A stretch of 64,000 nt of DNA, taken from contig NC_083278.1 in the NCBI RefSeq assembly GCF_963506605.1, positions 90,644,001-90,708,000 on the forward strand. Direction: 5' to 3'. Under the pieces are notes generated by a model. It worked only from the letters and a program-made list of their open reading frames with translations. It did no database searches and was not told the DNA's origin. Made by a program: the position numbers and the translations under genes. This DNA comes from Zootoca vivipara. Its lineage: Eukaryota. Positions 38,696-52,279 of the stretch are shown here, in pieces (position 1 is the first letter of the stretch; each line of letters opens with the position of its first letter).

Positions 38696-40964
38696 GTGTT
38701 ATTAGTGAGCAAGAGCTCGTGCAAAGGGGTTAAGTTGTATAGCCCTAGACAATACAGACCCAGACATGAATTACTGTCAAATCAGAGACTTGCACATATT
38801 ACTCAGCTCAGCATTATGCAGGTTCCTAGTAGCCAGAGAAATGTTGAAGAAAGACGTAGCCAAACTCTCACAAATAAGAACAAGCATTTTGTTAGCATGT
38901 GAAGACAGGCTGAAAGCCAATGGAAGATTACAGAAATGCAACTGGCCTCTATGGCAGCCACTTCTTATTAAACACCTATGAAAAGCAGTAAGATGCCTAG
39001 TTGAAGTCACAGCAGTAAGATGCCTAGCTGTGAAGTCACAATTTATGAACAGTAGAAATCTGTCTGTTTTGTTTCTATGGCTAGTGATGATCATTTCCAC
39101 AAGCATGATTTTATTGGCCAATGCCCTGCTACCTACTGCTTTTCAGACACATAAATAGGCGTGGTTGTGATAGAGACATGTAGTGAAGACAGGCATTTAA
39201 GTAAAGAAACCAAAAGGGTTCTGTACAATAGAGGCCGACTAATAACCTCAGCAGGCATGCTTTAATTTCAATTCTTTATGGATAAGCTAACCAACAATAT
39301 AAGCTCTTGAGTTCAAAAGGAACACTACACACACCTGTGGAGTTTCAATCAAAGCACAAAATCTGTTAAACAGGCTGATCTCCGCTACACACAATCAGCT
39401 GGTTATAAGCAAAGGAATGTGTGACATTGGTGGAGTTGGGTCATATGTATCTTACCTTAGCAGCTTAAAAGCTCTGGTGGCGTATTATGAGGTATGATAG
39501 CTGGCCCTATGCCAACCTTAATAGCACTTATGGACCTATAAACATAAGAATGCATACATGCATATTATATTCTGCAAATATGCAAGAATAAGTCCAAAAA
39601 AATTAAATAAGTACAGTCTGACTTGCTTTTTCCCTTCTTCTGACTTTCCCTTTTTCCCTTCCCTTCAGAATAAGTATAAAAATGTAATTATTCAAATTTT
39701 AAAAGTCACAACACAAACAAATCATGCAGATCGGTTCAGTTTCCCCCCATCATACACCATAAAGGCTTGTTAAACAACTGATGTAAACAAACAATTATTG
39801 AAAGAAATCAAACAACTACAGCGTATGGTTTAAAATATTAAAAAGTGCAAAAATTTGCATGTTTCTAATAACATTCAAAATGTGTACCTTTCTCAAAATG
39901 TATAAAATTGGATGAGGAAATTAAATTGTTTCAACAGTCATAAAAGCTTGACTTTCTAAAGCAGAGTTTAACACGCCTGTTTGTAACTTCAAGTAAGTTG
40001 CATGATCTGACAAACATGCACCAATAATAAATGACTTACACTGGAGTGCAGCTGTACTAACATTTATACAAAGTTACACAGTCATATGCATTCCATTATC
40101 ACAGGTGTTGGCTTTCCACTATGAGTTACAACTAATAGGAAACTTGAACAAGTATACGCAAACCCCCAGACTGGGCTATTTTTACAAGCAGCCAAGGCAG
40201 GAGATGATATGAGTCCATCACCCGTAAACATAACAAATGATGCAAAAAGCCACATGCAGCACTTCATAAATTGGACAAGGTTGGTACTTTAGAAATCCCA
40301 CCATCTTGATGATATACACTGATTACATTGCTTGGCAGGCATCTAGAGAAGACACCACCTGTCCATTTGTGTACAATGCTGTTAGAACAAAAAGGAAGTA
40401 TTCTCAATTCTACCTTGTGAGAATTAAGACAAGGTGAAAAGCAGAGCCACCATATTGGAGCTAGCTGTCTAACTGCACTCACCCACACCCTGGTCAACTC
40501 TTACATGTTTGGAAGCCGCACAGTATTCAAGGGAAACCATTCAATGGAAACCCAGCCAGATGGGTGGGGTATGTATTAATTATTAGTAGTATCATGAAGA
40601 ATCCTGGCAATCTCTATCGTTACTCGTTTCAGGAGAATTACTAACAATAGATCTCTCAGCTTTCAGTATCATCACTCATGGAATTCTGGAGCAGCGGTCC
40701 AAGCTTGAGTGGAGACAACACTGGGTTGTAATGATTCTGCTTACATGTGGGTAGCTGGTTCCAGGTGATGCTGAACCTCATAGCATTGACGTCTCAGGGT
40801 CTTGCAGCAGTGTTCAAAATTTCCCCAGTGCCAGGCGTGTTTTGCTACTGGCACGGGTCCAATTATTATTCATTTCAACTCTATACCGCTTTACATTTTA
40901 AAGGGGGGAAAACCTCAAAGCGGTTTACAACACATTTAAGCATCAAATACCGGTACATCAAATA

Positions 40965-41152
40965 CAGTGGTACCTCGGTTTAAGTACACAATTGGTTCTG
41001 GAAGTTTATACTTAACCTGAAGCGTACTTAAGCTGAAGTGAACTTTCCCATTGAAAGTAATGGAAAGTGGATTAATCCGTTCCAGACAGGTCTGTGGAGT
41101 ACTTAAACTGAAAGTACTCAAACCGAAGCGTACTTAAACCGAGGTATGACTG
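40965..41152. mobile_element. Tc1/mariner (Tigger-like) MITE
   Basis: TA|CAGTGGTACCTCGGTTTAAGTAC ... GTACTTAAACCGAGGTATGACTG|TA. Confidence 0.85.
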
Positions 41153-41287
41153 TACAACAATGCAGAATAAAACAAATTCAAGCTTCAAGGAAAATATTTC
41201 AGATCCTTCTCTAAGTGACATTTTGCTTTCTTCATATTTATTTACCTACTTAATTTATATAGCTGCCCCATAGCAGAAGTACTCTAG

Positions 41288-41501
41288 GAAGCCAGTGTGG
41301 TGTGGTGGTTAGAGTGTTGGACTAGGCTCTGGGAAAACAGGGTTCAAATCCCCACTCAGTCATGAAGCTCACTGGGTGACCTTGCGCCAGTCGCTGCCTC
41401 TCAACCTAGCCTACCTCACAAGGGTGTTATGTGGATTAACTGAGGAGTGGAGGAACCATGTACTCCTTGTAGAAAAAGGTGGGATGTAAATACAGTAAAT
41501 A
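41288..41501 (+). mobile_element. Squam3/MIR-like tRNA-derived SINE
   Basis: GCCAGTGTGGTGTGGTGGTTAGAGTGTTGGACT..GGTTCAAATCCC head, core and AT-rich tail. Confidence 0.8.
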
Positions 41502-43788
41502 AGCTCTTCTGCTTGCCTGCTTAAGAAAGCTGGAGGGGCCAGCTAGATGGAGACGTCCATTGCCAACCTGGCACCCAGAGATTTCCACATGGTTGCCAGT
41601 CGCAAAATTCACCCGGCTAATTTAGAATACTACCTTTCATTATTAACTATCATTATGCAAGACTGTTATTGATATTTTATGTCTGTTTTCATCATGGCTA
41701 TGTTTTTAAGCTTCATGAGATGATATCAACTCTTCACATGGCTAGATGAATCGGAGTGCAGCCATTAATTTTTTTTAATGCTGCTCTGCATCTTATGATG
41801 GCTCGTTTGGTTTACTCGATTTGTGTTTTTTTGGCATTTAACAAATGAATATTCTATAACACTGTACAGTATTACATTCTCTGAAAGCTTCTGGAATCTG
41901 CCTGTGCTAAAGTTTTTCCATACACAAAGGGGGAGGCTGTGAATGTTCAATTAGGGACAACTATATGGCTCTCATAAATGTTTCTTTTATCAAATGAACA
42001 GTTATGGCATCAACCTGGGAGGTTGATCCTTAAGACTCTAATAGCTGCCTTTATTCAGCACTTACACTTTTTCCTGCTTAGGGTAATGAAATAAGTATTA
42101 GACTACAGGGTTTTTTTCTTTACAAAAGAGGTCCAAGTGATTTGAGTAAAAGGACATTGCAACAGCTCATACAGAAGGTTTTATCTGATCGGAGATTTGC
42201 TGACACACTAATGAAGGCTGAAGCAGACAAGGCAAGAGAAAATGTTGTTTGAGCACAAATTTAAATGTTTATTCACCAGGCTGCTTGGGTTTGAGAGCAC
42301 TGCCCAAACACAGCTCTTCCAATGCGGAGACAATATTTTCTAGTTGTCTGTTGGCAAAGAGATGGGAGCCTGGGAATTCCTCTTGCATGCAGATAAATCA
42401 ATGGCCGGGCTTTGAGAGAGCTAACCTTCAGTGCCTTCAGAAGCATGTGTTAAATGCCTCTGGGATGCTCCAGTTTTGCATAGCTCACACTAAATGAAAA
42501 CCACCAGCTCTAATTATAAGCTGGTAACTTTTAAAAATGGATTAGTTCAACAACAAAATGGATTAGTTCAACAAATATTTGAAAATATATGTTTTCAAAT
42601 ATTATTCGAAAACAATGCATAAATTCAACTATTTTCTTCAAACCAGAGGCCCAAATTCAACATTTTTTGGACTGTCAGTGCAAGGGCTGTTGCAGTAGCA
42701 TTAAGCACAAGAATAATGGCTGCATAATAAGAAATCCTTCTCAACACTAGCGGAAACTTGTTATGCAACAAGTATCAGGGATACCATAATCTGTTGCACA
42801 ACCAGCAACAATAACTGTTCTGCTTTCCTGCCCGTCTCCTGTGCAAGCCATTCCACTAGCACAACTAGTACACCACTAAGGAACTTTAACTTACTGTGAC
42901 TTATTTAATAAAGTTATCATTAATTTCAGGGCAATAAGTCATAGAAATTGCTAATCATCATGTGCATTTAAGATTATTTGCACATGTGTTGGCTCACTCT
43001 CGCAAGTACACCATTTTGGGCGTAGTGGGAAACCCAGCCAGATGGGTGGGGTGGTAATAATAATAATACCCTCATACCTTCATTTTTTAAAAAAAGCACT
43101 GACATTACATCGATTTGACAGTCTCTGAAGAGACAGAAGGATCCATTGTGCCTCCTTGCCACAAATTTATCAGGGCCCCTTTCCAAACTCACCAAGGCTA
43201 TATGGGAAAGGTTCAACCCATTTACTGTTGCACCAGCGTAACATTCAAAAAACCTAAATCTTGGGCAATGAAGGAGGTATATGCTCCCACTGCACAGCTT
43301 TCCGTAGCCCTTAAATTAATGCAAGATTTGTCAGCATCCTCACTGTTATTCACAAGTAAGAAACTATAGTTGAATGATGATCAATTATATATCTACAATA
43401 TATATCCTAGCTGTTTTTAAGAAGCTCTATATGTGAAGGAGCTTCAGGCTCCATCTCCACCAACAGCAATGAGTGAAGAGCTGTACTTGCAGAAAAGCTA
43501 ATGTTATGCATATGAGACTGGTTCGCTCCCCGCACCCATGACAACCAAGTGCGGGGGGGGGGGGGGAGAAACCCACCTGTAATTCTCAGTGTTATTTTAC
43601 TTTTAAAAGTGTGTGGTAATGAGTGTTTTAACACTTCGTTCCAAATAAACTTTGTCAGCCTTTGCATTCTACAGGCTCTCAATATCTGTAATACCAGTGA
43701 AAAGGGAATCTGTTCCAAAAATTACTGATGGGGACAAATTCCACACAACATATGAGCCTGCCAATTAATTCCATGCCAACCACAGCAC

Positions 43789-43819
<31 letters not shown>

Positions 43820-44102
43820 GTGCAAGCCTCAGACTCCGTCTTCAACAGTCTAAAACAACGTTCTTTCTTCTCACATTCCCAAGTCCCTAAAACCTGTAGC
43901 CAAGCCAGAAAGTTATGAGGACAGAGCCCACATACTGTATATGGCTGGGCAAGTTGGAACTGTTGTAAAACTAGACCTATGTAAAACTTTGAAAGTGCAG
44001 TACAGTACACCGATATTCCAATAGTGTTCATATTAATTTGTGTATAGTTTCATGGTAAGGAACAGAAAGTTAAGAATCAAGGGTTATTATATAACTGGTA
44101 TA

Positions 44103-44170
44103 AAAAGTGTTCTCTTTTTAAGAAGACTTTTGGTATAAACCAAGAGTCTTCTTAAAAAGAGAACACTTTT
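44103..44170. repeat. 68-bp inverted repeat (32-bp arms, one G:T pair, 4-nt loop)
   Basis: AAAAGTGTTCTCTTTTTAAGAAGACTTTTGGT-ATAA-ACCAAGAGTCTTCTTAAAAAGAGAACACTTTT. Confidence 0.9.
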
Positions 44171-45737
44171 AGAGCTTAGAGAAAGCTTAACTCCTCTTCA
44201 AAGTACAAAATCTCCTAACCCCTGTTTAAATACACTACACATGCACCATGACTCTTCAAAAATGGTGTGTGTGTTTTTTTAATCTTCCCTGGGGGGAAAG
44301 AGGCCTAGCTCATAATTTCTGTATTAAAACTCTGTACTATTAGCTAAGGAATGGAATTATTAGTGACAGGTTCACTGAATTACTTGAGAGGTCACTAGAG
44401 CTTCCTCAAAATCTAAAACTGCCACCATAAATTTAACTAATGACAAGTGATTTTGTAAGCTACCAGAAGGAGATGTACACAGGATAAGAACTCTTCCAAA
44501 CACCAAGTTAGGCACTGCACAACAGACTTCTACAGCAATGACAGAGGCATATAAATTGAAATGCATCAACGCTAGTTTAGATGCTGCTTTCACAATTATG
44601 CTATAACTATAACATTTACAATCCACACAGTAAAGATGAGAAGCCAAGGACAAAAATATAATTGATGATGGCAATCCCATGCACTTAAACATGAACTTCC
44701 CCAATCAATCAAGAATATTTGCAGAGAAGGATCTGATTCTGAAGCCAAAAAGAGTTCACAGATGAAAAGGACAAAACTATCCCATCACCTACAGCTTTTC
44801 TTCCCAAAGTGTTTTGCCAATGCACAGCAGAAGAGTGGGGGCTGCAGGGAAGGAGGCTTTGAATTTCATCTGTATGCCCCTTTTTGTCTTAACTTGGACC
44901 CTGCTCTAAGTTCCCGGGGCAATTCTTGTTTAAGCACGTGGAAGTGCCATAATCAAATCTAGTTTGGAATCAAATCAGAAGCTGATTCCTGATCAATACA
45001 CTTGAGGGCAATTTCATTTCCCCATAAGTCAACCTGTGTAAAGTAACTGACCATGACACAGTCATCAATTTTGAGAAAACAGAAAGACTATTCTCCTGGT
45101 GTTGATACAAACATATCAAAGATGAAATGAAGGCGCTGCTCTCAAACAGAAAGTTTTGTCATGAACTAAACATTTGTTTAGCACCAATTAGGTGCTGGTC
45201 TGATCTCTCACTCACACACAAATAAAATTAGCCTACTAGAGGCACCTCTGCCTTGAAGTGAAAATTATCTGAAAGCCACAGGGATGAGTGTGCATTACAA
45301 AGAAGCAGCCAACTTCTCAAGTGGGTAAGAGATCCATCCCAATTTTCAAACAACCCATCTGCGAAACCCAACTTCTCCCTGAGCCTTCCCCAATGGTAGG
45401 GAAACAAAGACCGATATAATGATTCTATAGTAGGACCCTGAAAACTGTCAAAATGAAAAATCCTACAATATCTGGAAGGGCATTCCAGGGGCTGCAAGTT
45501 AGGTCAAATCTACCCCTCCAATGTCAGAGATCTGATATCACAGACTCCCTCCTTAAGGCTGGTTATTAAAAGCCAACAGATGTTAGAGTTCCATAATCTG
45601 CAGAAGCAGAAGGGGGCTATCTTGAGATGTGGCTTGGGTCCAAAGTCCTCCTGGCACTCTGACAGGCCACAAACCAGAGTGAAATTTAAATAAACTTATG
45701 AGCATGTCTAAATCTCTCCTTCCCCTTTCCTCTACCT

Positions 45738-46083
45738 GAGACGTCGGCAACGTTTTCTGCCCGTGGGCAGGAGGATTCCCACAGACTATCGTCCGTGGGC
45801 CTGATATGGACCGCACAGGCGCAGACGTAATTTCCGGTGCCGCGCTGCCCATATTCCAGAACACCGGAAATGGCTTCTGCGCATGTCCGCGGCTGTGCAG
45901 AAGCGATTTCTGGTGCTGGGCTGGCCATTTCCAAAATGTCCACAGCGCCAGAAATCGCTTCTGCGGCTGCGTAGATGCAGTTTTCGGCGCTGCTCAGCAA
46001 GTCCCCACGCCGCACCGGTTTACCGCAGTATGCGGGGGACTTGCTGAGCGGGCGGCTCATGGGCCGGAGGTTGCCGATGCCTG
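45738..46083. mobile_element. CpG-rich non-autonomous hAT element
   Basis: Imperfect TIRs (..TCGGCAAC / GTTGCCGATGCCTG); perfect TSD CTCTACCT at 45730-45737 and 46084-46091. Confidence 0.85.
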
Positions 46084-47479
46084 CTCTACCTCATGGTAGA
46101 CCACATGTTTTGTATGGAAAAGATCCCAGGATCAATCTTTGGTATCTCCAGGTGGGGATGAGAAAGACTCCTGTCTGAAAAGCCACTGCCAGTAAAGGGC
46201 AAAGGGAAAGCATTAAGAGTACAGTTGTTGTTGGAAGCTTGCATATAGGCCCAGCCAGGTGCAGGATAAAGCAGTTCAAATGCCTTCAGTTCCGCTCCCT
46301 TGCAACCTTAGGAATGCAGCCTTAATATTGAAATAAATGTTTGGGTTGTATGATCTTAATCAAAGTGATCTCAAATAACCTTAGTAAAATTGGAGTAACT
46401 ATATATAAAAAGTAACAACCAACGGTACATAAAATGCAAAATAACAAGTTTCACATTTTCCTTTAAATAGACCCTTCCTTTTCCCTCTCTCCAAGATATA
46501 CTTGTTAAAGTGTCATCATGTCCAATCTCAGGGCTGAATTGCACAAGGCTTTTCTTGTATATTTGCCCCCCTTGTAAAAGCAACATGTGCAATGATCATG
46601 ACATCACCCTCCAAAACCAAAGGTTTCTGACAAGCATTCTCAGTAATCTGAAGGCTAATTAAAAAAGTGTTTGGATTGGCTCCACCCCTATAATTTCTCA
46701 GAAGGGCTGGTGTGCTGTATCACACTTCTACTCAACAATACAGGCTACAGTTCAGGTCAGGGAAAATTATGCACAGTACACTGAGAATACCATCAATGGT
46801 CGTTCACTCTCTGCTCATCATCAGTTGCTCGTGAAGACCAGAAACAAAAGCACTTTAAAGTAGGCAAGTATGGAAAAAGAAAAAGAAGGCAAGCAGATAC
46901 TGACATTGCTAGCTACCAAACTGTTCTGACAAAAAACATCAACTTTCATTTGGTCTAATTGAATGCAAATAGTTAAGCAATTTAGAATGTGCTAAACCCA
47001 TGGACCAGTAATTTTAATGTGATTTTTAATGTGATCGTTCTTTTAACATTCACAGATATGTTAAATAAGCAGCCAGCCATACAACAGGCTCTGCTAAAAT
47101 CTACTAAGAGCAGAACCATGATTTTGTACTGCTTCTCATAATTAAATACTGTAATCTGGCTAAACCTTATAGCAAATTTGTGCCGAGTCCAGAACCGAGT
47201 CCAGAGTGAAAATGAAATTCTGATAATACTTTAATGCTAACCAACTGAACAAGAACAGTATATAATCTGATGAGAAATTAACAGGGGAAGGGATGTCTTT
47301 GTTACGTCAAGCCTACAAAAGGAGGAAACTGCCTTCAGAACCACTTTCCCCTCCAACTCCTCCATTACTCAAATCTCAATCTTCCTCCTCACTCACAGCC
47401 GAAACCCAACAGACTAGAACCTCCAGCCAATTAAGTCTGCTGTCAGCCACATCAATAACAGAATTAACCTCTTAATATC

Positions 47480-47617
47480 CAGTTGGTCAAGCATGAGACT
47501 CTTAATCTCAGAGTTGTGGGTTTGAGCCCCGTGTTGGGCAAAAAGATTCCTGCGTTGCAAGGGGTTGGACCAGATGACCCTTGTGATCCCTTCTAACTCT
47601 ACAATTCTATGATTCTA
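47480..47617 (+). mobile_element. tRNA-Lys(CTT)-derived SINE with CR1-type tail
   Basis: GCATGAGACTCTTAATCTCAG..GAGCCCC..GTTGGGC head, then ...CTCTACAATTCTATGATTCTA tail. Confidence 0.8.
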
Positions 47618-48873
47618 TAATTCACACACTGAATGCTCTCTGCAGCTGTAGTTCCAACAAAGACTACTAAACAAAAATCAGTTTTTCGCTTGTTACAGCT
47701 GGAGATTTGAGCTACAAGGAACTAGAAATATTTGGATGCTGGAGCCTAAAATCAGCAGTCAGAAGGTCCTGCTGTATTTCCCCTGCTTGATCAAAAGGTC
47801 AGGCTCTTATTATTTAAACCAGGCATGGCCAATCTACAGGTCACTCACTATTTAATAATTTTATATCACTCCTCTCTACATCAACTATAAACCAGCTGGG
47901 CAACCTCAGAGTCCCCAGTTCAGATACTCTGCAGAACGACAAGGCCTCAGAGTTTTCACTTTATTATGGTGGTTTTTTTTAATTAAACTGCATGTTTAAT
48001 TATTTTATTCTGGAGCATATTTATGTCAGGTGGAGCAGGTTTCTGATTATGTGCAGAATATACACAAATACTCCACAATATTGCACTGCTGTAATATTAT
48101 ACAGAGAGTTTTATTTGCTACTTCCTAATTAATTAGCAAATTAATTAATTAACAGAGGATAAATGTTTTAAGTACATTAAATAAAGGTGCAACAGCCAAG
48201 ACAAATAAAACCATTTCTACACTGATCTGAATTATAAAATAAAGCTTGTGCTACACCAATGTCTTTTTAAAAAATCAAATTAAAAAGTTGAGAAACTGTT
48301 TTAAAAACAACAAAGCAAATGCTTATTTTTGCTTTCCTGGGATGCTCTAGTTCAGCCTCCCTTTTAAAAAACTAAACCAAAGAAGGCATTTTTCTCCTTC
48401 CTGAACTTCAAGTCAAATACTATTTAGGACAAGATCCCAGCACACTTTAATTTACTTCTCCTTTTGCTATTGTTACACAGCCATTTCTAAATATTTGTCC
48501 TTCCCAGATTACCAAAATGGACTGAGATGTGATTCCTTTGTAGTGCAGATGATTTGCACAGACCTCAAGCAGTAGAGAAATTCTCACGCCTTCAAGGCAC
48601 AAACCGGATTTAGGAGGTGCTCTGCTCACATGGCAGGGTAAACTAATAATTAAAGTCAAAGAGAGCTTTCTAACTAACTTGCTCAGAGAAAAGGGTTGCA
48701 GTATTGTTGTTACTGCACTACGGAAGGGCTCTGGTTTCTAATTTTTTTCCACAAAAGCCAGAGGCCATCACAAAACACAGCTATCGCAAGTCAGTGTCTC
48801 ATAATGAATCTCTAGTTTTACAACAGGATCTCCATGAGAGGTGAAGCTTACATATCCTCTGACACCCCTACAC

Positions 48874-49005
48874 TAAGGTTACCAGATTTTTTTTCAATGA
48901 ATCTGGGGACACTTTTCAACTTCCTATTAAATAGATGGATTTTGTCAGGGGACTGATTTGTAAATCCAGAGATTGCCCGGGAAACGGGGACATCTGGTAA
49001 TCCTA
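48874..49005. mobile_element. hAT (Blackjack-like) MITE
   Basis: TIRs TAAGGTTACCAGAT / ATCTGGTAATCCTA; perfect TSD CCCTACAC. Confidence 0.82.
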
Positions 49006-49148
49006 CCCTACACAAAACCAAAATTCTTTATAACCTTCCATGAATATAATACTGTACATAACTTACTCATGCACATAATACAAGCAGTGGCAAAACTAGC
49101 CTTTATTTCACCAGGGTCAAAGTTCCAGTTTGGCACCCTCTACCTGCA

Positions 49149-49173
49149 TGTGTGTGTGTGTGTGTGTGTGTGT

Positions 49174-49220
<47 letters not shown>
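49149..49220. repeat. (TG)n(CA)n self-complementary microsatellite
   Basis: Direct read. Confidence 0.95.
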
Positions 49221-49224
<4 letters not shown>

Positions 49225-49418
49225 CAGGCAGAGAGCCTCAGGCAAAGAAATGCCAGCACACAAGGGCAGTTGGACAGGGTCCACAGACACGCACACAGGT
49301 GGGCTCTCCTTCCTCCAAGGCAGACCATCCATTGCCACCTGAGGTAGTACCTCAAAAATCACTGGCACAATCAGCCTTGCTACGCTTGTCATCACCATTT
49401 GGGGGCGACCACCTATGG

Positions 49419-49554
49419 CAGGCATCCCCAAACTTCGGCCCTCCAGATGTTTTGGACTACAATTCCCATCTTCCCCAACCCCTGGTCCTGTTAGCTAGGG
49501 ATCATGGGAATTGTAGGCCAAAACATCTGGAGGGCCGCAGTTTGGGGGTGCCTG
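49419..49554. mobile_element. Palindromic hAT MITE
   Basis: TIRs; TSD ACCTATGG/ACTTATGG. Confidence 0.9.
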
Positions 49555-50626
49555 ACTTATGGGAACCCCAACTGGAGGAAGCAGGGCAGGGAGAGGGAGG
49601 GGACAGCTGCAAATGTTTTATCTTTATTTAGCACTTTAAAACATGGTTCCCTCCCCACATAAGGGGTGCAGGAGTGGTGCGGTCCTGGTTACAGGGCTTT
49701 CTTTCCACTAGATCTTAACCTCCTCACCCTGGAGGATCTTGCTGCAGGATTTGTGCCTAGGACTTTCCCGCCCAAAATTCAACATAGTTTGTACTGGCTA
49801 ATCAGTATCAAGTTTAAAGCATGCATTAAAATTCCATTTAGAAGATGTTACAACAATGTGAAAAACATATTTAAGGGAGATGACAAGGTATGCCATAAAT
49901 CCTTCATGAGGCTTAATTAGTTTCAGACTAACCACTTAATGACTATCAAAAGACCAAAGCTGCTGTATATGCATGCCTTAATTTCCAAAGTCACTGTCTA
50001 CTTATGCAACTAAAATAGATTCAGATCCATGCGCACATCTTTGCATAGTCCTGATTCAGCAACGGCCCCTGTGATGCAAATACCTGGATGCTCAAAGGTT
50101 AGCATATCCTTCACACTTTACATGTGTCGTGTTTTTAAGTGATGACCACAATTATCACCTGAAGTATGGAGCCACACCAGTTATAACATGTGATTTTTGT
50201 GCAAAAGAGAATAATACATTGTTACTCAACACTTATGGAAAAGTCTTTCCTAGAGAAGGGCCAACTGCAACATAGTTTTTTCCTACCTCAGTTTTAAAGC
50301 AGGTAGAAAAGGCTCAAGGAGACATCATCATCATCATCATTTATTTATTTATTCCCCGCCCATCTGGCTGGGTTTCCCCAGACACTCTGGGTGGCTTCCA
50401 ACAGAACACCAATAACAGTAATAAAAAGCAACATCAAACATTAAAATATTTCCTAAACATATATTTCAAAGAGGTTACATATAACTAATACTAAATGAGC
50501 AGATCAGTTTTAGGGTGATAGGTGAAGCTGCCCAAAAGTGTAACAACAAAGATCCAGGAAAATATAAATAAAAGTTAACTTCTACATCAACTGGGGAAAG
50601 GCCATAAGCAGAGTATGGCTATCATA

Positions 50627-50923
50627 GGTAAAGGAACCACGGACGACTCTGGGGTTGCAGCGCTCATCTCGCTTTATTGGCCAAGGAAGCCGGCGTACAA
50701 CGTCCGGGTCATGTGGCCAGCATGACTAAGCCGCTTCTGGCGAAACCAGAGCAGCGTACGGAAAACCGTTTACCTTCCCGCTGGAGTGGTACCTATTTAT
50801 CTACTTGTACTTTGACGTGCTTTCGAACTGCTAGGTTGGCAGGAGCAGGGACTGAGCAATGGGGGCTCAACCCGGCACGGGGATTCGAACTGCCAACCTT
50901 CTGATTGGCGCCACCCGTGTCCC
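50627..50923 (-). mobile_element. Sauria SINE with internal deletions
   Basis: 13-bp TSD TATGGCTATCATA at 50614-50626 and 50924-50936. Confidence 0.92.
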
Positions 50924-51074
50924 TATGGCTATCATATTCAAGTGCAAAACATTTATAAAGACTTGTGTGCATCCTCCTCAGAAGCCTGAACCAATCGGGG
51001 GTTCCAGTTCCACATATGTGGGCATTTTAAGTTGTGTACATGTATGACTGCTGTTGAAAGAGACTGGTGTAGCA

Positions 51075-51109
<35 letters not shown>

Positions 51110-52279
51110 TCACATTTGCCATGTTCTGTGCTTATGAATCTGCCAAAACAGGAAATCTCTTACCACCCTGCTCATTATCATAATACAGCTATGCCAAGAA
51201 AGTAAATATCCACACAGGAATATAGTCAAACATGATAAAATCCTACACCTGCCCTGCCCCACACCACGCAGTCTGTAGCATAGTAATAGCTGGTAAAAAC
51301 AAAACCATTGATTTTAATCCTGTTAAAGAATCAACTCTCGTGTAATCTTTTTACAAAGCCATCTCTAGAGATGATGACCAGAACTTCAAAGCATTTTTAA
51401 AAAATTACTACCTCAAAAAATAAACACTGCTTTAAAGTCAAGAAGCTACGTGTACATACTATTGTGGTTCTTCAAAGGTCTTCAGCTGCTGCATTTTACA
51501 ATGGAAATTGATGAAAGGAAAACATTAACTGAACCTCTATTTTACTAGCACACATCAATCTGTTTGATGCAACGGGTTAACCCAGCTGTTAACTTGATGT
51601 GGAACATTAAAAATAGGGGTTAAACAAAAAGTATTCTAAACAAAGAAACACAAAAATCTAAGATGCGTTTTACTGTGTCTTTATGACATAATAAATAGCC
51701 AACATTTCTTACTAGAAGTGAAGACTGATTCAGCCTTCCACAAAACGTTTGATCTACCTGAAGACAAGATCTGCTTGTCAGAGCTTCAAACTTAGTGCTT
51801 CGGCAGCTAGCAGATCTGAGGCAAACATTGTGAATTAAAGCAGCACACTCAAATACATTTACAATATAAAATGGCAAGCTTATGAAAATACAATCCATAT
51901 CTACCAAGCACTGCTTGCTTTTGTAGGGATCAATCAACATTACCAAAGATAGTCATGATGTTGTTTTTTCTGTATGATTGCTTACTGAAAGCACTGAAAT
52001 TTCTGAATCAGACTGAGTACACCCATCCTATCGTCTTTAAGATACAATTATTCCAACATCTCCAAATACTGCACCCACATGCATGTATGGCAATTATGTC
52101 CTTGGCTTACAATGGCTAAGATGGTCAAGGATCACTTTAACTCAGTGTCTATAATTTATCATCACTACTATCAGAGTTATATGAAAGATGGTTTTGGCAA
52201 GTGACAAACACATCTAAGTTGCACTGGAGAAAACTCCCTTACGGTAGGTATCCCATGTATTCAAAAGTAGGCCCTAGAT

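Noticed and set aside
36564-47617. tRNA-Ile and tRNA-Lys-like sequences as real tRNA genes
   Set aside because: Broken stems, and each is fused to a CR1-type tail, so they are SINEs.
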